From Bacteroidota bacterium (GTDB taxonomy: Bacteria > Bacteroidota > Bacteroidia > Flavobacteriales_F > PHOS-HE28), in contig JACTMO010000027.1 in the NCBI GenBank assembly GCA_014584605.1, positions 11,690 to 75,689 on the forward strand: DNA of 64,000 nucleotides, read 5' to 3'. Under the pieces are notes generated by a model. The model did no database searches. It worked only from the letters and a program-made list of their open reading frames with translations, and was not told the origin of the DNA. Below, piece by piece: positions 44,769 through 54,150 of the stretch; the stretch's first letter is position 1, and the number at the start of each line of letters is the position of its first letter. The position numbers and the translations under genes were made by a program.

Positions 44769-47084
44769 ATGACCGACCGTCCCGTGCTCCGTTGGCTGAT
44801 GCAGCCGCGCCATTGGTGGATCCCTCTGCTGGCCATCTTCCTCATCAGCGCGGCCGGTGTTTCGTGGATCGTGCATGAGGCGTACCATGATGCCCCTCCC
44901 CTTGCGAACATGGTGGGCCCCGACGGAGAGGTGGTGGTGCGGGGCGAGGGGATCCGCGACGGTCAGGAGGTGTTCCTGAAGCATGCGCTGATGGAGTACG
45001 GAAGCATGTTCGGCGATGGTGCCGGCCGCGGTCCCGATCTCACAGCCGAAGCGCTGCACCTCACGGCAGGCTTCATGCGCGAGCACATCGCCGGGGAGCT
45101 TGAGCGTGCGCAGGGCGCACCACCGGACCCGGACGAACTGCTGGCGATCGCCGAACGGGTGAAACGGGAGCTGAAGGCCTCGGCCTATGACCCGGCGGCC
45201 GACGTGGTGCGGCTCACCGCCGCACAGGTGGCGGCCGTGGAGCGGCTCCGCGCGTACACCGTGGACCGCTTCACCCGGCAGGCGCGGCCAGGCTCCTTTC
45301 CACCACCGGGCTTCCTCACGGACACCGTCGCCTTGCGCGCGCTGAGCGACTTCTTCTTCTGGGGAGGCTGGGTCTGTGCGGCCCAACGACCGGGCGAGAC
45401 CTTCAGCTACACGCACAACTGGCCCTACGACCCCGATGCGGGCAACCTGCCCACCGGCCCCGTGCTGTGGTGGAGCGTGATCGGTGTGCTGGTCTTCATC
45501 CTCGCGCTGGGGGCCGTACTGTTCGCCTACGGCCAGTTCGACAGCCTCAACGAGGAGAGCCTGACGGCCGGGTCCGGCGAGCGCATGGACGCCGCTGCCG
45601 TTCGCGACTTCAGGCCAGGCCCGCTGCAGCGCGCCACCTTCAAGTATTTCCTGGCTGCCGCGTTGGTCTTCGTGGTCCAGGTGCTCAGCGGTGCCATCAC
45701 CATCACGTCCTTCACCGACTATCTGGGCAAGGTGGGCATCGACCTATCCGGGGTTCTTCCCCTGGTGGTATCGCGCAGCTGGCACCTGTCGCTCGCCTTG
45801 TTCTGGATCAGCGCCTGTTGGATCGGCATCTCCATCTTCCTGGTCCCGATGATCGGCAGGGAGACCGCAGGCCTCGTGCGGTGGACGAACGTGCTGTTCT
45901 GGGCCATCGTGGTGCTGGTGGCCGGCACGGTGGCGGGCTCCTACGCCGGGCCGATGGGCCTGCTGGGCGGGCATTGGTCCATGCTGGGGCACCAGGGATG
46001 GGAGTTCGTGGAGTTCGGCCGCCTGTTCCAGGGCTTGCTGCTCGCGGTGCTCGTCACCTGGGCGGCCATCCTTTACGCAGGCTGCCGGCCCGCCTTCCGC
46101 AAGGGCCGACCGTGGGCGCTGCCCAACTGGCTGGTGTACTCCACGGTGTGCATCAGCCTGCTGCTGCTGTCGGGCTTCGTTTCCACGCCACGGACCAACT
46201 TCGTCATCGCCGACCTGTGGCGTTGGGCGGTGATCCACATGTGGGTGGAGGCCTTCTTCGAAGTGTTCACCACCATCGTGGTGGGCTGGCTCATGGTGCG
46301 CATGGGCCTGGTGGGACAGGCCTCGGTGACCCGCGTGGTCTACCTGGCCACGCTGCTCTTCCTGGGATCGGGCCTGCTGGGCATCTCGCACAACTTTTAC
46401 TGGAACGCCAAGCCGGTGGCCACCATGGCCCTGGGGAGCGTATTCAGCACCCTGCAGGTGGTGCCGCTGATCCTGCTCACCCTGGAGGCCTGGCGTTTCA
46501 ACCGGATGCGGCGTGAACGGACGACCCCTGCGGGTGCCTTCGGCCAGTCGGAGGTGTTCCTGTTCCTGGTGGCGGTGAACTTCTGGAACTTCTTCGGGGC
46601 CGGTGTGCTCGGCCTGATCATCAACCTGCCCATCGTGAACTACTACGAGCACGGCACCTACCTCACGGTCAACCACGGGCACGCCGCGCTCTTCGGCGTG
46701 TACGGCAACCTCTCGATCGCCGCGCTCCTCTTCTGCTGCAAACTGCTGATGGAACCCGGCGCATGGAACGGTCGTTGGGTGCGCATCGCGTTCTGGTCGC
46801 TCAACATCGGCCTGCTGCTCATGGTGGTGATGGACCTGCTCCCGGCCGGTCTGGTGCAACTGCAGGCGGTGCTGGAGCACGGTTTCTGGTACGCCCGGTC
46901 CGAACAGTTCATCGGAGGACCGGTGTTCGAGGGGCTCACCTGGCTGCGCGGTATCGGCGCCACGCTCTTCATCCTGGGCGGGGTGTTCCCCATCGCCTGG
47001 GCGGTGCTGAGGGGTGCCCGGCGGCTGAAGCCTTTGCGCACACGGCAGGAAAGGACGGTGGAAGCGGAGATGTCCGTCGGCTGA
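44769..47084 (+). CDS. norZ: Quinol-dependent nitric oxide reductase (qNOR, single-subunit NorZ/NorB type)
   Basis: Start trimmed to MTDRPVLRWLMQPRHWWIPLL. An N-terminal extension of about 290 aa has one TM and no CxxCH. The haem-copper core carries HMWVEAFFE, ISHNFYWNAKP and VNHGHAALFGVYG. Confidence 0.9.
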   Translation: MTDRPVLRWLMQPRHWWIPLLAIFLISAAGVSWIVHEAYHDAPPLANMVGPDGEVVVRGEGIRDGQEVFLKHALMEYGSMFGDGAGRGPDLTAEALHLTAGFMREHIAGELERAQGAPPDPDELLAIAERVKRELKASAYDPAADVVRLTAAQVAAVERLRAYTVDRFTRQARPGSFPPPGFLTDTVALRALSDFFFWGGWVCAAQRPGETFSYTHNWPYDPDAGNLPTGPVLWWSVIGVLVFILALGAVLFAYGQFDSLNEESLTAGSGERMDAAAVRDFRPGPLQRATFKYFLAAALVFVVQVLSGAITITSFTDYLGKVGIDLSGVLPLVVSRSWHLSLALFWISACWIGISIFLVPMIGRETAGLVRWTNVLFWAIVVLVAGTVAGSYAGPMGLLGGHWSMLGHQGWEFVEFGRLFQGLLLAVLVTWAAILYAGCRPAFRKGRPWALPNWLVYSTVCISLLLLSGFVSTPRTNFVIADLWRWAVIHMWVEAFFEVFTTIVVGWLMVRMGLVGQASVTRVVYLATLLFLGSGLLGISHNFYWNAKPVATMALGSVFSTLQVVPLILLTLEAWRFNRMRRERTTPAGAFGQSEVFLFLVAVNFWNFFGAGVLGLIINLPIVNYYEHGTYLTVNHGHAALFGVYGNLSIAALLFCCKLLMEPGAWNGRWVRIAFWSLNIGLLLMVVMDLLPAGLVQLQAVLEHGFWYARSEQFIGGPVFEGLTWLRGIGATLFILGGVFPIAWAVLRGARRLKPLRTRQERTVEAEMSVG

Positions 47085-47149
47085 GGGACATGCACGGTGC
47101 GGCTCCGGCCCGGGTGATGGGCCGCTGACCGCGTGTCCCAAGGTGGTGC

Positions 47150-48697
47150 TCAGCTCACGGGCTCCACCTCCCAGCAGTGCGCCCCGACGCTTTCGGGCTC
47201 GTTCAGCGCGGCCTCGGCCACGGTGCGGGCCACCACCAGCAGGTCACGGAGGTCCATCAAGGCCGTGGTCCACCGGCGCCGCTCCCAGATGGGCTGCACC
47301 TGCCGGCTGATGCGGTTGATGGCGCGCAGGGAATGCTGCAGGCCGTGCTCGGTGCGTATGATGCCCACGTGCTTGGTCATGGTGTGCGTGAGGGCGGCCA
47401 TGGCGCGGTCCACCACCTCCACGGGCCGTTTGGCCAGGCGGTCGCGCCGGATGATGCGCTGGGGCAGGGGTGCCACGGCCGGCAGGTCCTCCCAGGCGAC
47501 CTCTGCGGCGCGTTTGGGGATCACCAGGGCCTCCAGGAGCGAGTTGGACGCGAGCCGGTCGGCACCGTGCACCCCGCTGCCCGCACATTCACCCAGGGCG
47601 AAGAGCCCCGGGATGGAGGTGCGCCCCCGGTCGTCGGTGCGCAGACCACCGCACATGTAGTGGACGGCGGGCATCACGGGCAGCAGGTCGCGTCCGGGCA
47701 ACAGGCCGTGGGCGCGACAGGCCAGGGCGATCGCGGGGAACTCATGGGCGAAGCGCTCCACGCCGATGGGTCCGGCGTCCAGCCACACATGAGGCACACC
47801 GGCATGCATCATCTCCCGATGGATGGCGCGGGCCACCACGTTGCGCGGCGCCAGGTCGCCCATGGGGTGCACCCCCCGCATCAGCGGTCGCAGGTCGGCG
47901 CCGAGCAGCCGTGCACCGGCACCGCGCACCGCTTCGCTGATCAGGTTCACCGTGCCGTGGGCGCCGGTGTGGAGGGCCGTGGGATGGAACTGCACGAAGG
48001 CCATGTCGCGCGTGAGGGCTGCGGCACGGATGCCCATGGCGATGCCGTCGCCCGAGGCGCCCTGCGGGTTGGTGGTGTGTTCGTACATCCGTCCCGCCCC
48101 ACCTGTGGCCAGTACCACCAGATGCGCGAACCGGTCCATGACGTCGCCCGTGCGCAGGTCCACGGCACGTACCCCGATGCAACGGCGGTCGGCCCCTTCG
48201 CCCGAGATGATCAGGTCGATGGCCCGCTGATCGGGGAGCACCTCGATCGCGGGCATGAGCTCCACGCGCCGTTGCAGCACGCGCACGATCTCCTCGCCGG
48301 TGCGGTCGCGATGATGCACCACACGGGCCGTGCTGTGCCCGCCTTCCCGGGCCAGGCGCAAGGCCCCATCGGTGCCCCGATCGAAGTGGGCCCCCAGGCC
48401 GATGAGCCCCCGGATCAACGCCGGGCCTTCGCGCACCACCAGGCGGACCACGGCCTCGTCGTTACGGCCGGCCCCTGCCACGAGCGTGTCGCGCACATGG
48501 TCCTCGAACGAATCATCCCCGCGCATCACGGCCGCCACGCCGCCCTGGGCCTGGAAGGAATTGCTCACCTGCACCACGGCCTTGGACAGGATCCGGATGC
48601 GTACCGGCCTCCTCCCCGCCTGGTCGGCCAGCTGGGTGGCGTAGGTCATGCCGGCGATACCGCCGCCCACCACGAGGATCTCGGTCGGTTCGCTCAT
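47150..48697 (-). CDS. nadB: L-aspartate oxidase
   Basis: FAD loop VVGGGIAG, GGVAAV, RVVHHRDRTGEEI and HYMCGGL. The ATG overlaps the nadA stop (ATGA). Confidence 0.9.
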   Translation of the reverse strand: MSEPTEILVVGGGIAGMTYATQLADQAGRRPVRIRILSKAVVQVSNSFQAQGGVAAVMRGDDSFEDHVRDTLVAGAGRNDEAVVRLVVREGPALIRGLIGLGAHFDRGTDGALRLAREGGHSTARVVHHRDRTGEEIVRVLQRRVELMPAIEVLPDQRAIDLIISGEGADRRCIGVRAVDLRTGDVMDRFAHLVVLATGGAGRMYEHTTNPQGASGDGIAMGIRAAALTRDMAFVQFHPTALHTGAHGTVNLISEAVRGAGARLLGADLRPLMRGVHPMGDLAPRNVVARAIHREMMHAGVPHVWLDAGPIGVERFAHEFPAIALACRAHGLLPGRDLLPVMPAVHYMCGGLRTDDRGRTSIPGLFALGECAGSGVHGADRLASNSLLEALVIPKRAAEVAWEDLPAVAPLPQRIIRRDRLAKRPVEVVDRAMAALTHTMTKHVGIIRTEHGLQHSLRAINRISRQVQPIWERRRWTTALMDLRDLLVVARTVAEAALNEPESVGAHCWEVEPVS

Positions 48698-49656
48698 CCC
48701 AGTTCAAGCATGCGGCGCAGCGCGCGGTGCGCCCGAACACGTACGTCCTCGTCCAGCAGGACCTCCGGCCGCTCATCGCGCAGGGCGGCCAGCACCTTCT
48801 CCAGGGTGTTCAGCTTCATGTAAGGGCACTCGCTGCACGCGCAGGCGTTCTCGGCGAAGGCCGGCGCCGCGATCAGCGTCTTGTGCGGCACGCTCTGCCG
48901 CATGTTGTGCAGGATGCCGGCCTCGGTGGCCACGATGAAGGTGTCGGCCGGATCCTCCTGCACGAAGCGCAGCAAGGAGGAGGTGGAGCCCACGTGCTGG
49001 GCCATCTCCAGCACATGCTCGGGGCACTCGGGGTGGGCGATGAGCCTGGCCTCGGGATGCTTGCCCAGCAGCAGCTTCAGCTTGTCGGCGGAGATGTCCA
49101 CGTGCACCTCGCACACACCGTCCCACAGCAACATCTTCCTGCCGGTGACACGCTGCACGTAGGCGCCCAGATGCTTGTCGGGCGCAAAGAGCACGGGGCG
49201 GTCCTTCGGAATGCTCTGGACCACGCGCACCGCGTTGCTGCTGGTGCAGATGATGTCGCTCAGGGCCTTCACCTCGGCCGAGCAATTGATGTAGGTGACG
49301 GCCACGTGCTCGGGGTGGGCCTCGCGGAAAGCGCGGAAGAGGTGAGCCGGGGCCGCATCGGCCAGCGAGCATCCGGCGTTCATGTCGGGCACCAGCACCT
49401 TGCGGCCGGGATTGAGGATCTTGGCCGTCTCGGCCATGAAATGCACCCCGCAGAAGAGGATGATGGGGGCCGAAGCGCGCTCGGCGGCCTGGGCCAATGC
49501 CAGGCTGTCCCCGATATGATCGGCCAGGCTCTGGATCTCGGGCGTCTGGTAGTAGTGGGCCAGGATCACCGCTTTCTTCTCCTGCTTCAAGCGCAGGATC
49601 TCGGCTGTCAGCAGGGCGGCCTGGTCCAGGTCCGGGTTCGGCACGATCGTGCTCAT
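48694..49656 (-). CDS. nadA: Quinolinate synthase
   Basis: Real start MSTIVPNPDLDQAALLTAEI (49656). ILAHYYQ, CGVHFMAETAKIL, NAGCSLAD and CSECPYMK (Fe-S ligands). Confidence 0.9.
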   Translation of the reverse strand: MSTIVPNPDLDQAALLTAEILRLKQEKKAVILAHYYQTPEIQSLADHIGDSLALAQAAERASAPIILFCGVHFMAETAKILNPGRKVLVPDMNAGCSLADAAPAHLFRAFREAHPEHVAVTYINCSAEVKALSDIICTSSNAVRVVQSIPKDRPVLFAPDKHLGAYVQRVTGRKMLLWDGVCEVHVDISADKLKLLLGKHPEARLIAHPECPEHVLEMAQHVGSTSSLLRFVQEDPADTFIVATEAGILHNMRQSVPHKTLIAAPAFAENACACSECPYMKLNTLEKVLAALRDERPEVLLDEDVRVRAHRALRRMLELG

Positions 49657-51011
49657 GGTTTCTCCACGGTGTGTGCAGGGGTCCGGTCCTGAACGATCGC
49701 TGCGGCCGATGCCGGTCGGAAGCTGGCCTGGAGCAGCGGCACGGCGATGAGGGCCAGGCCCGCCGCCACACCGAAGCCGGCCACCACGAACACCTGCAGC
49801 ACGGGGTCCACGGGTGCCATGAGCTGCGTATGGTCCGTGATGCCCAGGGCCGTCATGCGCCAGCCCTTGATGAGGCCTGCGACGATCAGGGCCACCCAGA
49901 ACACCACCAGGCTGTACACCGCCAGCAGGCGGCCGCGTTCCATCCAGCGCCCACCGCCACCCGCCTGATCGACCCGCAGGACCCACGTCAGGGACCCCAG
50001 CAGGATCATGGTGTTGATGCCGACGGTGGTGCCCATGGCATGGGCCACCGTGACGTGGGTGCCATGGGTGTACCGGTTGATGGCCGGGAAGGACATCAGC
50101 AGCGCGAGGGCCAGGTTGAGGAAGACCCACAGCTCGGCGGTGATCAGGAAGCGGTAGGTGGTGAGATGGCCGAGGCGGCGGTTCTCGGCGAGCTTGGCCT
50201 TGAACCCGCGGATGATGTCGATGAGCAGCACCCACTCGGCCATGCTGATGGCGTATGCGGTATGCCGGATCCACCCGGCCGTGGGCGCACTGTAGATGTG
50301 ATGCCCCCAGTTGAACATCAGGTTCGACAGGCCCAGGAACCAGAAGGCGAAGACCTTCGGCCCCCGGGCGATGCGGTCGTCGCCGCCGATCCGGGTCATC
50401 AGGTACAGGGCGGACCCGTAGATCATCTGGTTCCAGGCGCCCACCATGGCGCCGTTCGACTTCCACTGCACGGTGATCTCGCGCATGTAGGTATCCCGGA
50501 ACCAGGGTATCTGCCAGAGGTTCTGTTCCAGGAAGGTGATCAGGAAGAAGACCACCCCGGTGGTCCACATCCACACGTAGAGCGGCGGGTCCGTTGGGCG
50601 CTGGCGCCAGGCCCGGAAGTGGTCCACCATGAAGAGCAGCCAGGCCAGCAACACCGGGATGCCGAGCATGGGCGGGAACTCCCAGTACTCCCTCCCGCCG
50701 AAGCGGTTGAGCGCGTACGCGATGAGGATCGCCACGAAGGAGGCTGCCCAGACGGCGACGAAGACCGTGTACGGCATCGTGGGTCGTGCAAGGCGGAAGG
50801 CTTCGGTGCGGTGATGGGCCACGGCGGCGGACGCCCCGGTGATGATCCAGAACAGGGCGGCGGACACGTGCGCCGGGCGGAGCTTCTTGAAGGCCATCAT
50901 CTGGCCGACGGACGGGTACATGTACGCCAGGCCGGCCAGCAGGCCGAACAACAGCGTGGCCAGCAGCATCAGCAGGGCCAGGCGGACGTGCCAGCGGTGT
51001 GCGGTGTTCAT
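49653..51011 (-). CDS. norB: NorB-like haem-copper oxidase superfamily subunit I (probable nitric oxide reductase catalytic subunit)
   Basis: Real start MNTAHRWHVRLALLML (51011). 12 predicted TM helices. Adjacent His pair NWGHHIY and HGTHVTVAHAMG. It is paired with a NorC-like cytochrome, and its stop overlaps the nadA start. Confidence 0.7.
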   Translation of the reverse strand: MNTAHRWHVRLALLMLLATLLFGLLAGLAYMYPSVGQMMAFKKLRPAHVSAALFWIITGASAAVAHHRTEAFRLARPTMPYTVFVAVWAASFVAILIAYALNRFGGREYWEFPPMLGIPVLLAWLLFMVDHFRAWRQRPTDPPLYVWMWTTGVVFFLITFLEQNLWQIPWFRDTYMREITVQWKSNGAMVGAWNQMIYGSALYLMTRIGGDDRIARGPKVFAFWFLGLSNLMFNWGHHIYSAPTAGWIRHTAYAISMAEWVLLIDIIRGFKAKLAENRRLGHLTTYRFLITAELWVFLNLALALLMSFPAINRYTHGTHVTVAHAMGTTVGINTMILLGSLTWVLRVDQAGGGGRWMERGRLLAVYSLVVFWVALIVAGLIKGWRMTALGITDHTQLMAPVDPVLQVFVVAGFGVAAGLALIAVPLLQASFRPASAAAIVQDRTPAHTVEKP

Positions 51012-51400
51012 GGCGTCAGAATGAATGTGCCCGTCCAGTGCACGGCACTGTCGGGGACCCTGCTCTGGCCGGAGGCGTCCACCCAGGTGAGGAAGGCGAC
51101 CAGGTCGTCCATCTCGGCCGGGGTGATCGGGTGTGCCGGCATGCGAAGGGTGCCGTGCTGCACAAAGGCCCGCACATGGGCATCGCCCTTGGTGGAGACC
51201 ACGTCCGTGAGGTCGGGCCCCATGTAGCCGCCCAGGCCGTACAGCTGATGGCAGGCCACACAATTGTTGGCCTGCCACACGTCCACGCCCCGGCGCACCT
51301 GCGCATCCGCCTTCCCGCCTTCGCCAGTGCCGTGATAGGCGGACCAGGTCCCGACCACGAAGGCCAAGGCGAGGAAGGCCAGCACCTTACGCTGCCACAT
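51008..51400 (-). CDS. norC: NorC-like membrane-anchored mono-haem cytochrome c
   Basis: N-terminal anchor VLAFLALAFVVGTW. GVDVWQANNCVACHQLYGLGGYMGPDLT and MPAHPITPAEMDDLVAFLTW closely resemble my recollection of proteobacterial NorC (VWEQNNCVGCHTLLGEG...PEL; MPQF.LSEGQVDDLAEFLKW). Confidence 0.75.
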   Translation of the reverse strand: MWQRKVLAFLALAFVVGTWSAYHGTGEGGKADAQVRRGVDVWQANNCVACHQLYGLGGYMGPDLTDVVSTKGDAHVRAFVQHGTLRMPAHPITPAEMDDLVAFLTWVDASGQSRVPDSAVHWTGTFILTP

Positions 51401-51435
51401 GGCCGCAAATAACGACCATCAGGTTCGGCAAAAAG

Positions 51436-51449
51436 TTGACGAGCATCAA
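51436..51449 (-). promoter_or_regulatory. FNR/DNR-type box TTGATGCTCGTCAA upstream of norC
   Basis: On the gene strand it reads TTGAT-GCTC-GTCAA, a 9 of 10 match to TTGAT-N4-ATCAA and an exact match to the DNR/NNR variant TTGAT-N4-GTCAA. It is centred about 42 nt upstream of the norC ATG. Confidence 0.5.
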
Positions 51450-51502
51450 CTTCTCGGAAGGGGTCGCGCTGTGGCCCTGGCCTTTGGGCCATGCGCCGAT
51501 CC

Positions 51503-51544
51503 AAAATGTCGAAGGCTGCGGTCCCCGGGAGGTCCGCAGCCTTC
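51503..51544 (-). terminator. Rho-independent terminator downstream of nrdJ
   Basis: On the minus strand: GAAGGCTGCGG-(12-nt loop)-CCGCAGCCTTC, a perfect 11-bp stem followed by GACATTTTGG. The stem begins 21 nt after the nrdJ stop. Confidence 0.6.
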
Positions 51545-51564
51545 GCTGTTCCGGGGTCCGCGCC

Positions 51565-54150
51565 CTATCCGCACTTGCTGCTTCCGCAGCTGCGGCACTT
51601 CAGACAGCCCTCCTCGTAATACACCCCTTCGCTGTCGCCGCAGTCGGCGCACTTGCGACCGCCGGCGCTGGTGCCGTCGGGGATGTAGCGCGAGAGGGCC
51701 CGCACCACACCGTTCTTCCAGGTGTTCAGGGTGGCATCGTACAGGTTGAGGTTGGCCACCACGTCCACCACCTGCAGCACGGGCATGCCCTGGCGCAACA
51801 TGCCGCTGATCAGGATCGCGTAGTTCCAGAACTCCTTGTTGAAGGTGCGGCTCAGGCCCTGCACGGTGACGTTGTAGCCCTCGTCGTCGTCGTACTCCAG
51901 GTCGTAGCGGTTCTTGTCGCGCTTGGCGTCGCGGCGCTTCACCACCCATCCGCGGCTCACCCAGCGCGGCAGCTCGAAGCCGCCGTTGGCCTTGCCGGTG
52001 AAGATCTCGTACGGCTTGCCATCGAGCAGGCCCACCACGGCGATCCACGGCTCGGTCTCGTTGTTGAAGCGCAGGACGTCGGCCTCCAGGCGCTCGGGGC
52101 GGGGCATGGCGTGCGCTGCGAGGTCCTTGGCGGCCTCCTTGTCCTTCTTATCGTCGGTGGAGATGAGCACGCCGCTGCGGCTGCCGTCGCGGTAGACCGT
52201 GATGCCCTTGAGGCCCTGGTGCCAGGCCTCCAGGTAGATGCTTCCGACCTCGTCCACCGTGGCCGTGGCCGGCAGGTTGATGGTGCTGCTGATGCTGTGG
52301 GTGGTGTACTTCTGCACCACGGCCTGCATGCGGATGCGCTTGTGCCAGTCGATGTCGTTGGCGGTGGCGCCGGCATAGGGGCTTTCGGCGGGGTCGGTCT
52401 TGCCGGTGGCCTCCATCCAGTCGACCACGCGCGGGTGGTGCACGGTGAACTCCTCCCATTGGTCGCCCAGGTCGTCGGTGAAGGTGACCTTGGCGTCCGG
52501 GGTGCCGGGCACCAGCTTGCGGCGACGGGTGTAGCCGAGCATGTAGACCGGTTCGATGCCGCTGCTGGTACGGGTGAGCAGGCTCAGGGTGCCGGTGGGT
52601 GCCACGGTGCTGAGGCTGATGTTGCGGCGGCCGTGGCGCATCATGCGATCATGCACCTCGGACAGTTCCTTGCCCAGCATGGTCACGAACTCGCTGCTGC
52701 GCTCCACGGCGGGCGAGAAGCCCTCGAAGGCCCCGCGCTCAATGGCCATGTCGATGCTGCTGTCGAACTCCGCGCGGCACTTGGTGCGCAGGATGTCCTC
52801 GGCGGCCTCGATGGCGGCGTCGCTGTCGTACTTGAGGCCCAAGGCGGCCAGCGCGTCGGCCAGTCCGGTGAAGCCCAGTCCCGTGCGGCGCCCCTTGCGC
52901 CCCGTGTCGCGCAGCAGCTCCCAGGTCTCGCGTTCGGTGCGCTTCAACTCATCCGGCTCGGGATCGGCGTCCACTTTTTCCAGGATGCGGTCCACCGCCA
53001 TGAGCTCCAGGTCCACCAGGTCGTCCATGAGACGCTGCGCCTCGTAAGTGACGGCGGCGAAGCGCTCGTGGTCGAACCATGCGCGGTGGGTGAAGGGCTC
53101 ATTGACGAAGTTGTGCAGGTTGATGGCGATCAACCGGCAGCTGTCCCCGCCCTGCATGGCGATCTCGCTGCACGGATTGGTGCTTTCGTTGCGGAAGCCC
53201 GGATACACGCTGCTGGTGCTGTACAGGTGCTGCCGGTCCCAGAAGATCACCCCGGGTTCGGCGGTGGCGTGGGCGCAGGTGATCAGCGTGCTCCAGAGCT
53301 CGCGTGCCTTCACCACCTTGGTCACCGAGGGTTTCGGTGCATCGATGGGCCAGCGCAGGGTGAAATCGGCATCGGCCTCCACGGCCCGCAGGAACTCGTC
53401 GCTCACACGCACGCTCACGTTGGCGCCGGTGACCTTGGCCAGGTCCTGCTTGATGGTGATGAAGTGCTCCACATCGGGGTGGGCGATGTCCATGGTGAGC
53501 ATCAGCGCGCCCCTCCTGCCCTTCTGGGCCACCTCGCGCGTGGTGTTGCTGAAGCGCTCCATGAAGCTCACCGCGCCGGTGCTGGTGCGTGCGGCGTTGC
53601 TCACCGAGGCCCCGGCGGGACGCAGCGTGCTGAGGTCGAAGCCCACCCCGCAGCGGCGCTTGAAGAGCTGGGCGAGCTGCTGGTCGTTGTGGAAGATGCC
53701 CCCGTAGCTGTCCAGCGGCGAAGGGATCACCACGCAGTTGCTCAGGGAGGCCAGGCGGAAGGGGTCGCCCAGCGAGGCCATCACGCTTCCCTGCGGCACC
53801 ACGTCGCGGAACCCGTCGAAGAGCTTGAAGATGCGTTCCTCGTCCAGCGGGTCGCGGGTGCGGCCATACGTCGAGAGCAGGTTCCGCTTCTCCGCCGGCA
53901 CCGCTCCGTACTTGGACTCGATGCGGGCGAACTCCCGGGCCATGCGCCGGTGCATGTCCTCCGGGCTCTTCTCCAGCAACCGACCCTGTTCATCGCGCAG
54001 CGCATACTTGTTCACCCAGGTGGTGGCCGCCAGTTCATCGCCTTTGAAGTAGGCCCGGGTGAGCTCAAGCACTTCTTCGGGGCTGAATGGTCCGGTGGTG
54101 GTTCTGGGGGCCACGGTGTTTCGGGCGGTGGATGCGATGAGCGTCGGCAT
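51565..54150 (-). CDS. nrdJ: Class II (adenosylcobalamin-dependent) ribonucleotide reductase
   Basis: Start trimmed to MPTLIAST (54150). FKGDELAATTWVNKYALRD, active-site NPCSEI and RRTGLGFTGLADAL are present. The C-terminal redox/zinc tail reads CADCGDSEGVYYEEGCLKCRSCGSSKCG. Confidence 0.9.
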   Translation of the reverse strand: MPTLIASTARNTVAPRTTTGPFSPEEVLELTRAYFKGDELAATTWVNKYALRDEQGRLLEKSPEDMHRRMAREFARIESKYGAVPAEKRNLLSTYGRTRDPLDEERIFKLFDGFRDVVPQGSVMASLGDPFRLASLSNCVVIPSPLDSYGGIFHNDQQLAQLFKRRCGVGFDLSTLRPAGASVSNAARTSTGAVSFMERFSNTTREVAQKGRRGALMLTMDIAHPDVEHFITIKQDLAKVTGANVSVRVSDEFLRAVEADADFTLRWPIDAPKPSVTKVVKARELWSTLITCAHATAEPGVIFWDRQHLYSTSSVYPGFRNESTNPCSEIAMQGGDSCRLIAINLHNFVNEPFTHRAWFDHERFAAVTYEAQRLMDDLVDLELMAVDRILEKVDADPEPDELKRTERETWELLRDTGRKGRRTGLGFTGLADALAALGLKYDSDAAIEAAEDILRTKCRAEFDSSIDMAIERGAFEGFSPAVERSSEFVTMLGKELSEVHDRMMRHGRRNISLSTVAPTGTLSLLTRTSSGIEPVYMLGYTRRRKLVPGTPDAKVTFTDDLGDQWEEFTVHHPRVVDWMEATGKTDPAESPYAGATANDIDWHKRIRMQAVVQKYTTHSISSTINLPATATVDEVGSIYLEAWHQGLKGITVYRDGSRSGVLISTDDKKDKEAAKDLAAHAMPRPERLEADVLRFNNETEPWIAVVGLLDGKPYEIFTGKANGGFELPRWVSRGWVVKRRDAKRDKNRYDLEYDDDEGYNVTVQGLSRTFNKEFWNYAILISGMLRQGMPVLQVVDVVANLNLYDATLNTWKNGVVRALSRYIPDGTSAGGRKCADCGDSEGVYYEEGCLKCRSCGSSKCG

